Assembly (NCBI GenBank): GCA_010405405.1
Contig: MU004230.1
Location: 468,627-532,626 of the forward strand
Reading direction: 5' to 3'
DNA: 64,000 bases
Origin: Microthyrium microscopicum
Taxonomy: Eukaryota
Made by a program: the position numbers and the translations under genes. Below are positions 38,587-51,464 of this stretch, one piece after another (positions within the stretch are counted from its first letter, which is position 1; every line of letters starts with the position of its first letter). The notes beneath the pieces were generated by a model, which worked only from the letters and a program-made list of their open reading frames with translations, was not told the DNA's origin and did not search any database.

Positions 38587-39652
38587 CTGGCCGTATATAT
38601 TCCTGCAGATCGACAGTTTCCCTTTGGCCAAAAAGACGAATATAATATCGAGTGCTTCTTCTCCAAGAAGCCATCGATATTGGAGAGCAGTAGATGTCAA
38701 AAGAAGGTATGGATGAAGGTACCACACAACAAGTGCGGAGTGAACAGGGGCGTCTTGGGACAAGCCATTTCGTTAAGCGCCACAACGTTACACTGAGGAT
38801 AAAAACTTATGGACTGCCTGATTGAGCACGCATTGCATGTTACCTTGCCGAACCATGAACAATGCTGGTTCAGAATCATACCAGCATCACGGTCATGCAA
38901 ACGAGACTTCGAAGATATTTCTGCCAGTGCTCTATCAAAGCCTGAACTCACATTGAATTATTAGCACAAGAACTGCTCGAATCCATTCTATATATTGCGG
39001 TTTAACAGTCTTGAATATTGTCTCATAGGCTGATTAAGTGGCTGTGTTTTAAGGGGTAACATTTGATCAGGCTGTGTGATAGGGCTCACTGGTACTGTGC
39101 GCTGTAGATTTTGATACCTACTATGTAAATATCAGCCATTGGAAACAACGGGTTGTTTCTGGATCGTAGAAGTAGCTACAAAAGCTATGTGTTTTACCAG
39201 AACGCAACGCATGAGATAAAGCACTCGGCCAATCAATTGGCGTTGCAATAGCTGTGTGAAGCCTTATTTGGTTTCGCAGTAAGATGCATCTCAGCTCAGG
39301 TTGGAGTACCTTGTTTCTAAATGTTCTAGAAAGCTTCCTAAGAGTTTAAGCAACAATAGTATGGAATTTGTTTGCTCCCAAGCATTCCCTATCGCCCGAA
39401 AGGACGCAACACAGTAGCCGGGTGGGGATCGGCATATGGATTAAACCAGACCGATAGCTTGCAGCAAAACACAATCACGATATCGGCCGCAGAGAAAGGT
39501 ATCCACTGACTCACATCTAACTTACTCTTACTACTTTTGGTCACTGATAAGCTTCATTTTATAGAGAGTCGACGAAAACAGGAAGCAACCCAATCTGAAC
39601 TTCTTAAATACTCCTACCATTGAATCGTCATACACTGATACTCGGCGCCACA

Positions 39653-41590
39653 ATGGCTTCCACCACTAAACCTATGTACCACTTTCCATCACGACGAAGC
39701 GTCGTCCACAGTCTCAAAGGCATCGTATCATCCAGCCAGCCTATAGCCAGCCAAGTCGGCGTTCGAATCCTCGAACAAGGCGGTAATGCTGCTGTATCTA
39801 CCCTCCTTTGCGCCTCTTCAATCCACCATACTGACAATCTTTCAGGATGCCGCCGTCGCCGTCGCCGCAGTGCTTAATCTCACTGAACCAAACAGCTGTG
39901 GTATAGGCGGCGACATGTTCTGCATGTTTTACGACGCTTCTAACGGCAAAATCCGCGCGCTCAACGGCTCCGGTCGCAGCGCCGCCAACTCGTCGCTTGA
40001 GAGCATTCGCGCGGACCTGGGTATTCAGGAAGGCCGTATTCCAACGACGAGTGTGCATTCAGTCACGGTACCTGGAGCAGCGGCGGGATGGGTAGACACG
40101 GTAGAAAAGTTTGGGAGTGGAAATTTGAGTTTGGCGGAGGTGTTGGCACCCGCAATTCGATTGGGCGAGGAGGGATATCCGATCTCTGAGATTGCTGCTT
40201 ATTCGGTATGTGTTCCACTTTCGATTGGGGGAGGTCTGGTACTAATATGGTGTTTCAGTGGAACAAGAGTGAGAAGCGGATAAAGGAGGCGTCGATGTTT
40301 GGGCATGAGCTTTTGAAGCCTGATACACATGCGGAGGGCGGATATCGGGCCCCAAAGGTAGGTGAGATCATGACGAATCGGACGTTGGCACATACGTTCA
40401 AGCAAGTTGCGAAGCATGGCAAGGCTGGGTTCTATCAAGGATCTGTGGCTCATGCGATTGTCAAGGAGACGACGAGACAGGGTGGCCATTTGACACTGGA
40501 GGACCTCAGGTCTCATGGCGATGCTGGAAGTGAGGAGACGGAGCCGATATCTATACGTCTAACTGCTCTGGGCGTAAACGCTGATAGGGGAGGTCTCAAT
40601 GTCTACGAACATATGCCCAATGGTCAAGGAATCGTAGCGCTAATGTCGCTGGGCATAATACAAGAGCTTGAGAAAACGGGACAGATCAAGAAATGGTCGA
40701 TATCAGAACACAACAGCGTGGAGTAAGCACAACACCCCCATCCCAGCCCAGCCTAACCCGTACTAACATGTCTCTCCAGCCATCTACACCCAGTGATCGA
40801 ATCCCTCCGGCTGGGCTTCGCCGACGCCCACTGGTACGTAACCGACCCCAACGTCATCTCCGTCCCAACAGCAGAGTTGCTATCACCAGCCTACCTCTCC
40901 ACCCGCGCCGCTCTCTACAAATCCACCACCGCCCTCCCTCAAGACCTCACCCACGGATCCCCCGCCCTCTCCTCCAGCGACACCGTCTACTTCAGCGTCG
41001 CCGACGAAGCTGGCAACGCCTGCAGTTTCATCTTCAGCAACTATCTCGGCTTTGGATCCGCCATCGTCCCACCCGGCTGCGGCTTCACTTTACAAAACCG
41101 CGGCTCAAACTTCAACATTCCAGCACCAGGCTCGTCGCATCCGAATGAATATGCGCCATCCAAGAGGCCATATCATACGATTATTCCGGCATTAGCGACA
41201 CATGCGGATACGGGCGAGTTGGCGCATGTGCTGGGTGTGATGGGTGGGTTTATGCAGCCGCAGGGACATGTGCAGGTTTTGTTGAATATGCATGTATTTG
41301 GGATGGATGAGCAGAGTGCGTTGGATGCGCCGCGTATTTGTATTGGGGAGGGGATGCCTGATGCGGATGGGACGGTGAAGGGGATGATTATCTCGGTGGA
41401 GGAGGGTATACCGGAGGAGACGATAGAGGGTTTGAAGAAGCTGGGACATGAGGTTGTTTTGGTGACGGGACACGATAGGAGTACGTTTGGACGGGGGCAG
41501 GTTATTACGAAGAGAGTGGATGGAGGACGAGTGGTGTGGAGTGCTGGGAGTGATCCGAGAGCAGATGGGGCGGCGATGCCGGTTGTTTAG
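39653..41590 (+). CDS. Gamma-glutamyltranspeptidase (Ntn hydrolase), four exons
   Basis: ILEQGGNAA/DAAVAVAA, GIGGDMF, VTVPGAAAGW, PNGQG, catalytic DTVYFSVAD, LQNRG, KRPYHTIIP, GVMGGFMQPQGHVQ, AGSDPRADG. Introns at ~39794-39845, ~40206-40258, ~40723-40779. Confidence 0.93.
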
Positions 41591-41791
41591 AGATCTAAGA
41601 TGTGATTATGAATACCATTGGGTGGGTCGACAGCGTTGTGTAGCGATATGTATGGCCGTATCGATGTCCAGGAGGACTGTATCGTTATCAGAACGACTCG
41701 AGAGAACTGGACTACTAGATGCCATATTCGGGAGTTGTCGACCAACGACTTGAACTTTTGAACAATTATTATGTTTTCGTCTATAGTATAT

Positions 41792-42799
41792 CTAAAACTC
41801 AAAGTCAAGCTTGCTAGAGGGTATCTCAACCAACGCTTTAGGTATTATTTCAACAGATATGTTCTTGACAATCTGATCAACCTCCTCAGGTGAAAAGTCT
41901 AGCTCACCCTGGAGCCATCCTCTTGCTCCATTGCGTTTGCCATCTCCATACTGTAAATTGAGAGACTTGTTGAACTCTTCCATCGTCTTCATGTTCACAC
42001 TTCCTAGCTGAAGGACACCAGGCTGATCATAAGCGTTCTCACCCAACCAAGCTTTGAGATTCTTAATGAGCAGCTCGCGGTCTCGCTCAGTGCCCAGCCT
42101 CGTGAGCATATAGTCCTCTGCTATGACATGCACTGGGCAATCCGTCAGATTGAAGAGCAGCGCAGCCAGTACACCGGTTCTATCTTTGCCAGCTGTCCGA
42201 GTAGTAAGCATACACTGCGAAGTTGCACAATGATATTACTCACCAGTGCAATGGAACAAGAACGGCCGCCGAGGATTATCGCGAATAAACTCAAACACCA
42301 GCTTGAAGATCGCACCCTGCACACGTAACACATCTCCATAAATCTTCATAAACCCATCTAGGCCATCATTCGCCACAAAATCCGCCGGATCAATCTGCTG
42401 CGGTGGTACTTCTGGCGGCACCCACACGGTTGTAACACCAGTCACCTCCGGACTTGGATCACGCAACCTCTCCTTCTCCACACGAAGATCGAAGATCGTA
42501 TGTATTTGGCACACATCGCGCAGAAAAGCCAAGTCATCTGGTTTCATTTTGTGCAGCGTACCTGACCGGTAACAGAGTGCGGGCCGAACCGTAGAGCGTT
42601 CCAAGGAACCAATGTCACGCAGATTCAGGGCGCTAGCAAGCGGAATGAAAGGCGGGCTGGTAATAGCAACTGCCAACTCATGTTCGTCAATGGCGGCAGT
42701 GATTGGTGTGTGGGCTAGATTTAGGAGGTTGCTGTATTCTTTAGGCATGCTGGCCCAGGCGGTGTGTGCTGGCTTGGGGTTGGTTAGGAGATGAGCCAT
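41792..42799 (-). CDS. Tyrosine/Ser phosphatase family protein (Y_phosphatase3 / IphP-like)
   Basis: NLRDIG...YRSG...IFDLR. Splicing intron 42193-42243 creates the catalytic FHCTAGKDRTG motif. IAEDYMLT follows. Confidence 0.9.
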
Positions 42800-43267
42800 T
42801 GTGAGGGGCGCCTCGGACGAGACAATTTTATAGCTTTTGCGTGTGTTGAACGAAAGTAGGAGCCTAAAGCTTGGTATTCCAGAATGTTTTTAAATAGATT
42901 GGGTGGTGCCTGGTGTACGAAGTGATCGCATTGAATACGATGAAAAGGAGGTTGTTGGCCTCGCCAGGGGTAGAGTAGATTGAGTGCTTTGCGTTGAGGT
43001 TGAAGTTGGAAGAGGGGTGAAGAAAGAGACCTTACCGGAAGAAATCTGCAAGTAGTTACATCCTGGATCCATTTTGTCTATAAAAATCTTTGTGCCGGTG
43101 ATGTGGTTGGGTTCCCTGCGTAAAATATGTCTTCTTTTGGTGCCACTGCGTCAGACCGCATCCGAGATGCACAAAACTCCATGCTATTCCCTATTCGGAT
43201 CTCCCAATTCTCCGACTTGTAACTCTCTTGTGGTTCTCAAATTTGACTTTTTGATGTCAGATGAATC

Positions 43268-44431
43268 ATGTTGAAGACTGCAATATGGCTTACAGTGCTC
43301 TATTATGTGACCTCGGTTTTTGCCAGCCAGATACCATTGCTGGCTGATGGGCCTCGCAGCGTACAGTACATCGATCATGTCGAGTTCAACTCCACGATCA
43401 AAGCTTTCATGATTGAACGTAATATTCCTGGACTCAGTCTGGCCATTTTCGACAAATCAGACATTGTATACGCAGCTGGCCATGGCTATGCGAAGATGGC
43501 AATAGAGCTGGTTAACACATACCATCGCTTCCGGCTGGCCAGCATATCCAAAAGCATCACAGCAATCTCTATCATGCATCTTGCCGACAAGGGAAAGCTC
43601 AATTTGACAAATACCGTCTTCGGGTCAAAGGGAATCCTCAAGTTCAAATACGGCACTAAACCATATACAGAATGGGAAGAAGCCATCACTGTCCAACATC
43701 TCCTCGAACACTCATCAGGTTTCGTCAATAGCGACATGTGCGGAACGGACTGTGATCCCACATACTTCCCACGATTCAGGGCTTTGGATCAATGGCAGCT
43801 GATATCAACGCTGCTGGACGAGTACGATCCGAGCCATGAGCCAGGCACATTTGCTGATTACTCAAACTTTGGATACTTCATTCTTGGACGCATTGTTGAG
43901 CAAGTATCAGGTACATCACCATACGAGACCTATGTCCGCGAAAAGATCCTGCGCCCACTCGGTGTGGTCGATATGCGGATAGCTACAGATCAGCGCAGAA
44001 ACCACGAAGTCGTCTACTATGCCGGAGCAGACGAAGATGACCCATATGAATTTCATGTTTCGCGGCGTGACAGCGTAGGCGCGTGGATTGCGACTCCCGT
44101 TGATCTGCTGCTCATATCAAAAGCAATCGGTGGATTCGCTGGCCAAAAGCAGCTACTAAGTGACAGTGTAAGAGTCGCCATGTTCAATGAGACTGGTGTT
44201 CCAGATTCTCACTTTGCCAAAGGCTGGACCGTTAATGTTACGGATGGGCGAATAAGAGCGGCATGGAAAGATGGAAGCTATCAGGGAACAAGTTCGATGC
44301 TATATCTCGATTTTGAACGCAACATATCGTGGGCCGCGGTCGCTAATAGGATGATCAAGACTGAAGGGGATTTTGACGGGTCGAGAGATTTGACAACCTT
44401 GGTCAACGGGTTAATATCAAAATGGAAATAA
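43268..44431 (+). CDS. Secreted serine beta-lactamase / penicillin-binding-fold hydrolase, intronless
   Basis: Signal peptide, FRLASISK (SxxK), ITVQHLLEHSSG, PGTFADYSNFGY (YxN), WKDGSYQG. Confidence 0.9.
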   Translation: MLKTAIWLTVLYYVTSVFASQIPLLADGPRSVQYIDHVEFNSTIKAFMIERNIPGLSLAIFDKSDIVYAAGHGYAKMAIELVNTYHRFRLASISKSITAISIMHLADKGKLNLTNTVFGSKGILKFKYGTKPYTEWEEAITVQHLLEHSSGFVNSDMCGTDCDPTYFPRFRALDQWQLISTLLDEYDPSHEPGTFADYSNFGYFILGRIVEQVSGTSPYETYVREKILRPLGVVDMRIATDQRRNHEVVYYAGADEDDPYEFHVSRRDSVGAWIATPVDLLLISKAIGGFAGQKQLLSDSVRVAMFNETGVPDSHFAKGWTVNVTDGRIRAAWKDGSYQGTSSMLYLDFERNISWAAVANRMIKTEGDFDGSRDLTTLVNGLISKWK

Positions 44432-45449
44432 CCATGATTTAGCACAGAAACGTTAATAAACCACAATTAAAGCACGCTGCAATTGAACCAAAACAAAGCA
44501 CGATATACGTGTATACCAAAGCAATGGTTTGCTTGAAGTGATTTGCGGTTTCCTGCAGCTTACCGAGAAGCTGGTGAGATCTGTCCCAGTCTTCTGGAGA
44601 GTTCTATGTTCCCCCAGGGGAAGAATGGATTACTACTCGTGCTGATGACTGTGCTGAACAAGGCAAAAATAGATGAAATGGTCAAGTAAGACAGCTTTTG
44701 CCGCTGGTGGCACATCTCGCAAGGGATGCCAAATTGTAAACAAAGTCGAAAGTTGGGCACAAACATGAGAAGAGTCGGGATGGAGTTCCTCCAGCTTGCA
44801 AATGCACAAAGTGAAAAACAATCAGGCGCCACTCTCTCACAGTACCAAATTGGGAAGTCTTAGTGGCTGATGGAAGATGGTCGAAAACTCTGGAAGCGAA
44901 GGAAGAGGCCGTGTGTCCCAAACGGGTTACGCTCTTAATCTCTACCACCAAAAAGTTCAGGCTACGCCCCCAACGACTCAACTACTCCCCACTGCAACAA
45001 CATCGGACACAGCCCTGATCACTTTTTACATCCGCCGCTTCTTCCCCTCCAACTATCATCTCAGTTGCTCCTACGACCTCTTCAACTGTAAAATACCTTC
45101 ATCTCTCCATCCTATTGCGACGGGTAAGTGCATTACTCTCACTTGCTGAAAAATCAGCACTCCCCAGTCCCGACGGCTGAACCCGCAGCCGTATTTATCA
45201 GTCGCCGATTCCCCTGCATCCCAGCCTACCAATATCTGCGGCTACCAAGCTCTGCTCTTCAACTGCTAACTGGTACAATCTTTAGACTGCTACGTCCTCA
45301 AGACCCACGTTCCTAGATCCTGCGTTTCCAAGGGCCTACTATATCTTCAAAACCCAAACTTAGAGCACCGCAATCCGCAAATCAGCCCAACAGTTTACTT
45401 TACCAAGTCGTCGCCTGCATTCTATATCTAGACCACCCAAATCGTTACA

Positions 45450-46873
45450 ATGGTTGCCGATACAAAGATGTACGATGTGCTCGGGGTATGGAACCGCTAC
45501 TAGATTGCCACAATCGTTGTTGTTAACACTTACAGGTTCCCCCAACTGCCGATGAGGGCCAGCTGAAGTCTGCCTATCGAAAGGGCGCACTTAAATTCCA
45601 TCCTGGTATGTACGAACTGTTACATTGTCTCGACTATGCTAATCATCAACAGACAAGCACCGTGAGCCTGCCAAGAAGGAAGAAGCAGAACACAAGTTCA
45701 AGGAATTATCACACGCATACGATATCCTATCCGACCCTCAGAAACGCCAAATATACGACCAATATGGCGAGGAAGGCCTTGAACAAGGCGGTGGAGGTGG
45801 AGGCATGGCTGCCGAAGATTTGTTTGCACAGTTCTTTGGCGGCGGTGGAGGAGGAGGACCCTTCGGAAGCATGTTCGGTGGCGGGGGACCAAGTCGTCCA
45901 CAAGGCCCTATGAAGGCCAAAACCATCATTCATGTCCACAAGGTCAGCCTCGAGGATATCTACAAGGGCAAGGTCTCGAAACTCGCTCTCCAAAAGTCTG
46001 TCATCTGCCCCAAGTGCTCCGGCCTCGGCGGCAAAGACGGCGCGGTCAAGAAGTGTAATGGCTGTGATGGACGAGGTGTCAAGACGATGATGCGACAAAT
46101 GGGCCCTATGATTCAACGATTCCAGACTGTCTGCCCCGACTGTAATGGTGACGGGGAGATCATCAAGGATAAGGATCGCTGCAAGCAGTGCAACGGCAAG
46201 AAGACCATCGTTGAACGTAAGGTTCTCCACGTCCATGTTGACCGCGGTGTCCGCTCTGGTACAAAGATCGAATTTAGAGGCGAGGGCGATCAAATACCAG
46301 GCGCTGAACCTGGTGATGTGGTATTCGAGATTGAGCAGAAACCACATACTCGTTTCGAGCGGAGAGACGACGATCTCTACTATCAAGCGGACATTGATCT
46401 TCTCACTGCTCTTGGTGGTGGCAAGCTCAACATTGAGCATCTTGACGACCGATGGATCACCATCGAAATCATCCCCGGCGAGGTTATCGCCCCTAGTAAG
46501 TATCTCCAAGTCTCTACATTGCAGATTTGGGTTTTAACGAATTCCAGACTCCATCAAGGTCGTACGCGGTCAAGGTATGCCATCATACCGTCATCACGAC
46601 TTTGGCAACCTATATATTCAATTCAACGTCAAGTTCCCGGAGCATCTCGGCTCAGAGGAGAACCCCTTCACACCCGAAAAAGTTGCCATGCTCGAAAGCA
46701 TCCTTCCTCCTCGCGTTGAGCCTACAGCTATCCCAGCAGATGCCATGACCGATGACTCTCTCGTACTAGAAGAACTCGACCCAACACGGGAGCAAGCTCG
46801 CATGCGAAGCGCCCTAGACGATGACGACGAAGAGATGGGCGGTGGAGAGCGCGTACAATGCGCAACGCAGTAA
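45450..46873 (+). CDS. YDJ1: Type I Hsp40 co-chaperone Ydj1/Mas5
   Basis: [13 protein letters not shown] domain with HPD across introns; G/F region; four CxxCxGxG repeats; C-terminal CaaX (CATQ). Confidence 0.95.
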
Positions 46874-49213
46874 ATGCTCAACATTCAAGAGTAGATCAAA
46901 AGGCTTCGATGGTCATGGGAATTGACAGTAATGGAGAAGACTCTTTATCACTATTCATCACGAAAATCAAAACCCTCCAAAAGCGGCGTTGACATGTCAG
47001 ACCAATTGCTGCCTGTCGATCCAGATTTCCAAGATTGATAGAACTACTTTGATGTAGTTCTAATTAGAGATGAGAAAACCGGCGTCAATGGGCTGTGTAC
47101 GGGTATGAATGGCATGTTTTAATCCTTGGGTTTGGTCCTCTTTTTGCCTTGATCAGCATGGCATAGTTACAAGGTCTTTTTCAAGTTAGTTCTTTGTTTT
47201 TTCCCAGAAATGGGAAAGCAAAGTGTGTTTTTTCAATAGACTAATATTGATTTTTTGTTTGGATTTGTGTACGAGTACAGAACAGTTTGTCTCAGTGTGT
47301 CCTTCCTCTCTCATCATTCGAGCATCAACAAGTTACGGGTCTTCCTCTCTCTGTACTAGCTAGCTATGAACAGTGATGGCTTGGCTTCCGATTTACATGA
47401 CGACGCAAGAGCAGTATTCCTGGAGGGCTTGTTAGCTTGTGAGCAGGGAAATTAAGTAGGATAACGGACCTCGATACCGCAGCACTCGCAGCCCTCAGAG
47501 CAGCCGCATGGCTTGGCTGGCTTGAATGGCTTGAAGGTCTTTGGCTCCATTTTGAAGTGTCGTTTTGGAATCGGCTATATCAAACAGTCAAGTTAGTCGA
47601 ACGTCGCTATAGCCATTTGAGGAGTTCACGATGTGCTTGGTGGAGAGCTTCAAGCTGTCCCACTATAGCACTTGGCAACCCACTTGGCGTACGCATTGTG
47701 GGGCTTTCAGGGTCCAAGAACTCCCATAGGCAACCATTGAAGGGTCCAAAGTTGATGTTTGAGTGGGGTCTAACGAACCTTTTGTTATCGTGTATGAACA
47801 GAAGTTCTAGCGTCACTGTCAGTTTTGGAAGCTCCGTTGGGGCAGATTGAACATACGAGATTGGAGGCAAAGTGTGAGGATCGTGGGATGGTTCAGATAC
47901 ATAGATGGGCTTGGCTGAGGGTTTAAATACATCCGGTGGGCCAGAATCAATCACGTGGAGTCAGTTTCGTTCCTTCTTAATCTGCTTAATGCAGGAAGGT
48001 AACTGCTTGTCAGCTCAGCTTTTACTTCCTAGGCCTGGCTTGCCTGGCCGCGTTTTTGATGATTGATCCACATTCTACTCGTTTTACTGGCTATGTAGAT
48101 TGGAAGCGTGGGTGGTTATTGGTTCGCAGATGCTGCATGGTTGGGCGTTTTGTGTTGCATGAGAATTGAATTGATGACCTGCGGGGTTCTGTTCTTTGCT
48201 TTCCTTCTTCATCCCCTGGCCTGGCCCCCAGAAGCGGGATGCATATGGATTGGTTAGGATTTCGGCAGATTGATTGCGGGCTTGAGCTTCAATGAGGCGC
48301 AGTTCAATATCTTAAGGGCGGTGCGGGATAGATACGAAGAGGCATGCAGTAGGGAAGGGAGATAGAGTAGCCATGTGTTGCTGTCCAGTGTCGGTACCAG
48401 TACTGCTCAGAAACGCTAGTGATCGGTTTGGCGGGATACAAAGCTTACATGCTACAACTACTACCGTAGTAGACCAGTAGGTAGCCAAGCGGTGAAGAAG
48501 AATTGAAAGAGATCGAATACGGTAGGCTCATAAGAGGTATTACCTTTGCGCAACGTCAGGTTGTGCCAACCGATGGACAGAATAGCTGGCGTTCTCCCAG
48601 CAGCTTCGTTGACTGCCATGAAAAGCTTTGATTGAAAGCGGATTTGTTTCAATTGCATTCGATAGAATTTAGAATGTCCACGACTGAACATCCTGTATTA
48701 AATAAAGCACTTAACAGCAGAGCGTTTTGTATGGGAGCTATCAAGGTCGATGGAGGTAGACCTGGTATTTGTCTAGGTATCGGTTGGTAATTTATGCATC
48801 CCTTAACAACATTTGAACGACTTCAAGCTTTCATCCTCAGCGTATTAAGTCAAGGTTATCAAGTGGTTTTCCCTCCAGTGATCACTATTGTCATCCAAGT
48901 ATTTCCATTCGGAAAAGATGCATGAATCAGCTTGCAAGGGTGCCATTCTCACCCAACACCCCCGACATACACTCGCATCAGTAGCTATCCTCAATTAATC
49001 ACGAAACTGCGCTCTGAGGCTTAAACATTTGCATCAAGAAAACCATTCGGTACAACTTATAAGAACGAGTGAAGTCCTGGCGAGGATCAGCAGAGCCTCA
49101 GCCTCCAATGATGTCCGCTGTTGACAACGCCAATCGGCTCCAAAGGTACATATACATGAAAATGTATCTGCCGTCTTTAACCTTTTCTTGCTCGAATTCC
49201 TCCCTCGAAAATC

Positions 49214-50066
49214 ATGGCGACTTATTACCTTAACCACAAAAACATACTCGGCAAGTCAGCCAGTATCCCTTGCGGCGTCACGAACAGCACAACTCCATAT
49301 GTGCCATGCTGCGTAAAGGGCGACACGTGCATGAGTGATGGCATTTGCCAATACACACATAGCCTGGCAGGAGGAACAGGATTTTACGTCTCCGACTGTA
49401 CAGACGCGACCTTTGGAGCCTCAACCTGTAAAAAAGCTTGCTGTATGCTATTTCCCATCAACATGGACGAAGTCACAATCAAATGCTAATCGCGCAATAG
49501 CCTCCAACCCCGTCTCTGATATCGTCTACGACGCCACGACTGGCGTATGGCAATGCTGTTCATATCCTGCTACAACAGGAACTCCCGTCCTTAACTGCAC
49601 GGCACCGACGAACGAACGATTCTATGCGCCTGCGCCGGCGAATCTTGTGTCGGTACAGCAAATACCTTCGAACGGCCAGCCTACATACCTATCTGGTGTC
49701 GGGTCCGCGTCATCCACATCACCTGCATCTTCCTCTTCCTTATCGACGTCCACAGCTGCGACAACAACACCCGCTACCTCATCATCATCCTCTTATGGCC
49801 TTAGCACAGGCACAAAGGCAGGTATAGGCGTTGGAACAGCAATATCGGTATTCGCTATTGTGGGTATCATCGCGTTCATAATCTTCAGGAAGAGTAAAAA
49901 TGGCAAGTCTAGTGAGATGACCACTGTAGGGAATGGAAGCTACCCAGATCATTCGTGCGCAACTCATACACCGAAAGTAGCGGCAAGCACTGAGCCGCCG
50001 ATGATATATCAGAGCCATGAGTTGGATAGTGGAATGGAGCAAAGGCATGAGTTGGGTACAAGCTAA
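49214..50066 (+). CDS. Cys-rich N-terminal / Ser-Thr-rich / single-TM membrane protein; 5' end possibly frameshifted
   Basis: PC...PCCVKGDTCMSDGIC...CTDATF...CKKAC; intron 49443-49500 joins the two ORFs; S/T stalk; LSTGTKAGIGVG + TM; C-terminal HEL repeats. Confidence 0.72.
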
Positions 50067-51464
50067 TAGTATACAGTGGGAGAGTGAACAGTTTGAAAAG
50101 GTGAGAGAACCAATATTCGAGTAGGGAAAAAATCTCTGGTTCTGTCTACCAATCACTAATAATGTGTAAGCAATATATAATATCAAATGCATGAGAGGTG
50201 GCCGTGACCGAATTGGGTTTAACTATTTGTTATCTTGGAGCAGGAGACGACCCTCTAACCATGCAATGATAGATGTTTGAGTATGAAATGTCCGTAGTCA
50301 GTCCAACAGTGCAAAGACTGAGCACGGCCATACAACGATATATAAATCCTAATGCCCCCAAGCATTTCCTGAATACTCCAGAGCACTGTTCCAACACCAG
50401 GGCAACTTTATCAAGTATCGCCAGGCTCTGAAACCAATATCATATTGCTCCCACTGGAGTACTGTCTTGAAGTGGAAGAAGAGTTTGAGAGTAACGAGTT
50501 GATATATACGAAAGCTACTGATACAGGCGGCAGTGATAATCAGAGAACGAGTAAAATGCTGGATAGAAAGCAGTTCAACATAAAATGAGGTCTGGATGAT
50601 TCACATGAAACAGGTCCTACATGTATTGGTAGTGTAAACACCTGCATGACTCCAGACGGGCACTTGGTTTTGCTTTCTGTCAAGATATCTTTGTTTAAGC
50701 AATGATTGGGGAATCCTTAGCTCCAATCTTTTTGTCTACATATTCAAATATGTCTTTTACGGTACGGGTTAACCAAAGAGGCCAGATAACAAATATTACA
50801 GTGTGGCATCGGAATATTTTCAGGGTAGGGGCCTTCAATATAGATGTAGTAGAAACATTTTATATTAGGAGGGACCTAGAACATTGGCGGCAAGTGGGAT
50901 GCTTCAAGTTGAGGCTAGAATGGTGTTGATGCGCAATTACTTGTGAATTGACCGAGTTACTTGAATATCCAAGTAGGTGAATTGGTCTCTTGAGAAAGAT
51001 GAAGCAGTCAAGATTGTAGTTTGTGTCAGGTTTTGAGTCTCACTAGAAATACTCCGTACTCAGTATTCGTGGAGTAGGGAGTGAAAAAGGTGGAGCACGA
51101 GGCTGGAAGTTGCCATCTGGCACTTGAGGAAATAGCGGCTGAGTAAGGGTACACGATGAACATTGATTGGCCAGGGACAGCACGTTCTTTCCCATTCTTT
51201 CTCTCTAACACCCCAAAGAAGGCAAGAGCGAGGCAAGCACAGTTACTAGCGTGGTGAAAGAGCTAATGCACGGTTCAAGCTAAACTTTTGGACAGATTTC
51301 AAGACTGTCACTCCTGGCGCAACACCACCTTTCCTTAAATTCTACCACCACTTCATCTCTCCACCCTCCTTTACCCCATCCTTCTCTTCTGTCAATTCAT
51401 CGACACTTGGTTCCATTATCACATACTAATAGCACTGTCGGATAAGTTGACTCTTTCATCCGCC

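Noticed and set aside
45727..46509. 260-aa antisense ORF over YDJ1 (and similar antisense ORFs over calnexin, ALDH6 and MPH1)
   Set aside because: Shadow frames produced by codon bias of the real genes.
47607..47954. 115-aa minus-strand ORF in the gap after YDJ1
   Set aside because: Starts at GTG, has no recognisable motif, and I could not build a convincing spliced model. It may still be an exon or a gene relic.
50100..51000. Possible small gene between the membrane protein and calnexin
   Set aside because: Frames are interrupted by stops and I found no consistent intron solution.
51165..51187. ATTGG...GGACAGCACGT upstream of calnexin as a UPR element
   Set aside because: Only a partial match to UPRE/ERSE consensus. 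Too short to support without conservation data.
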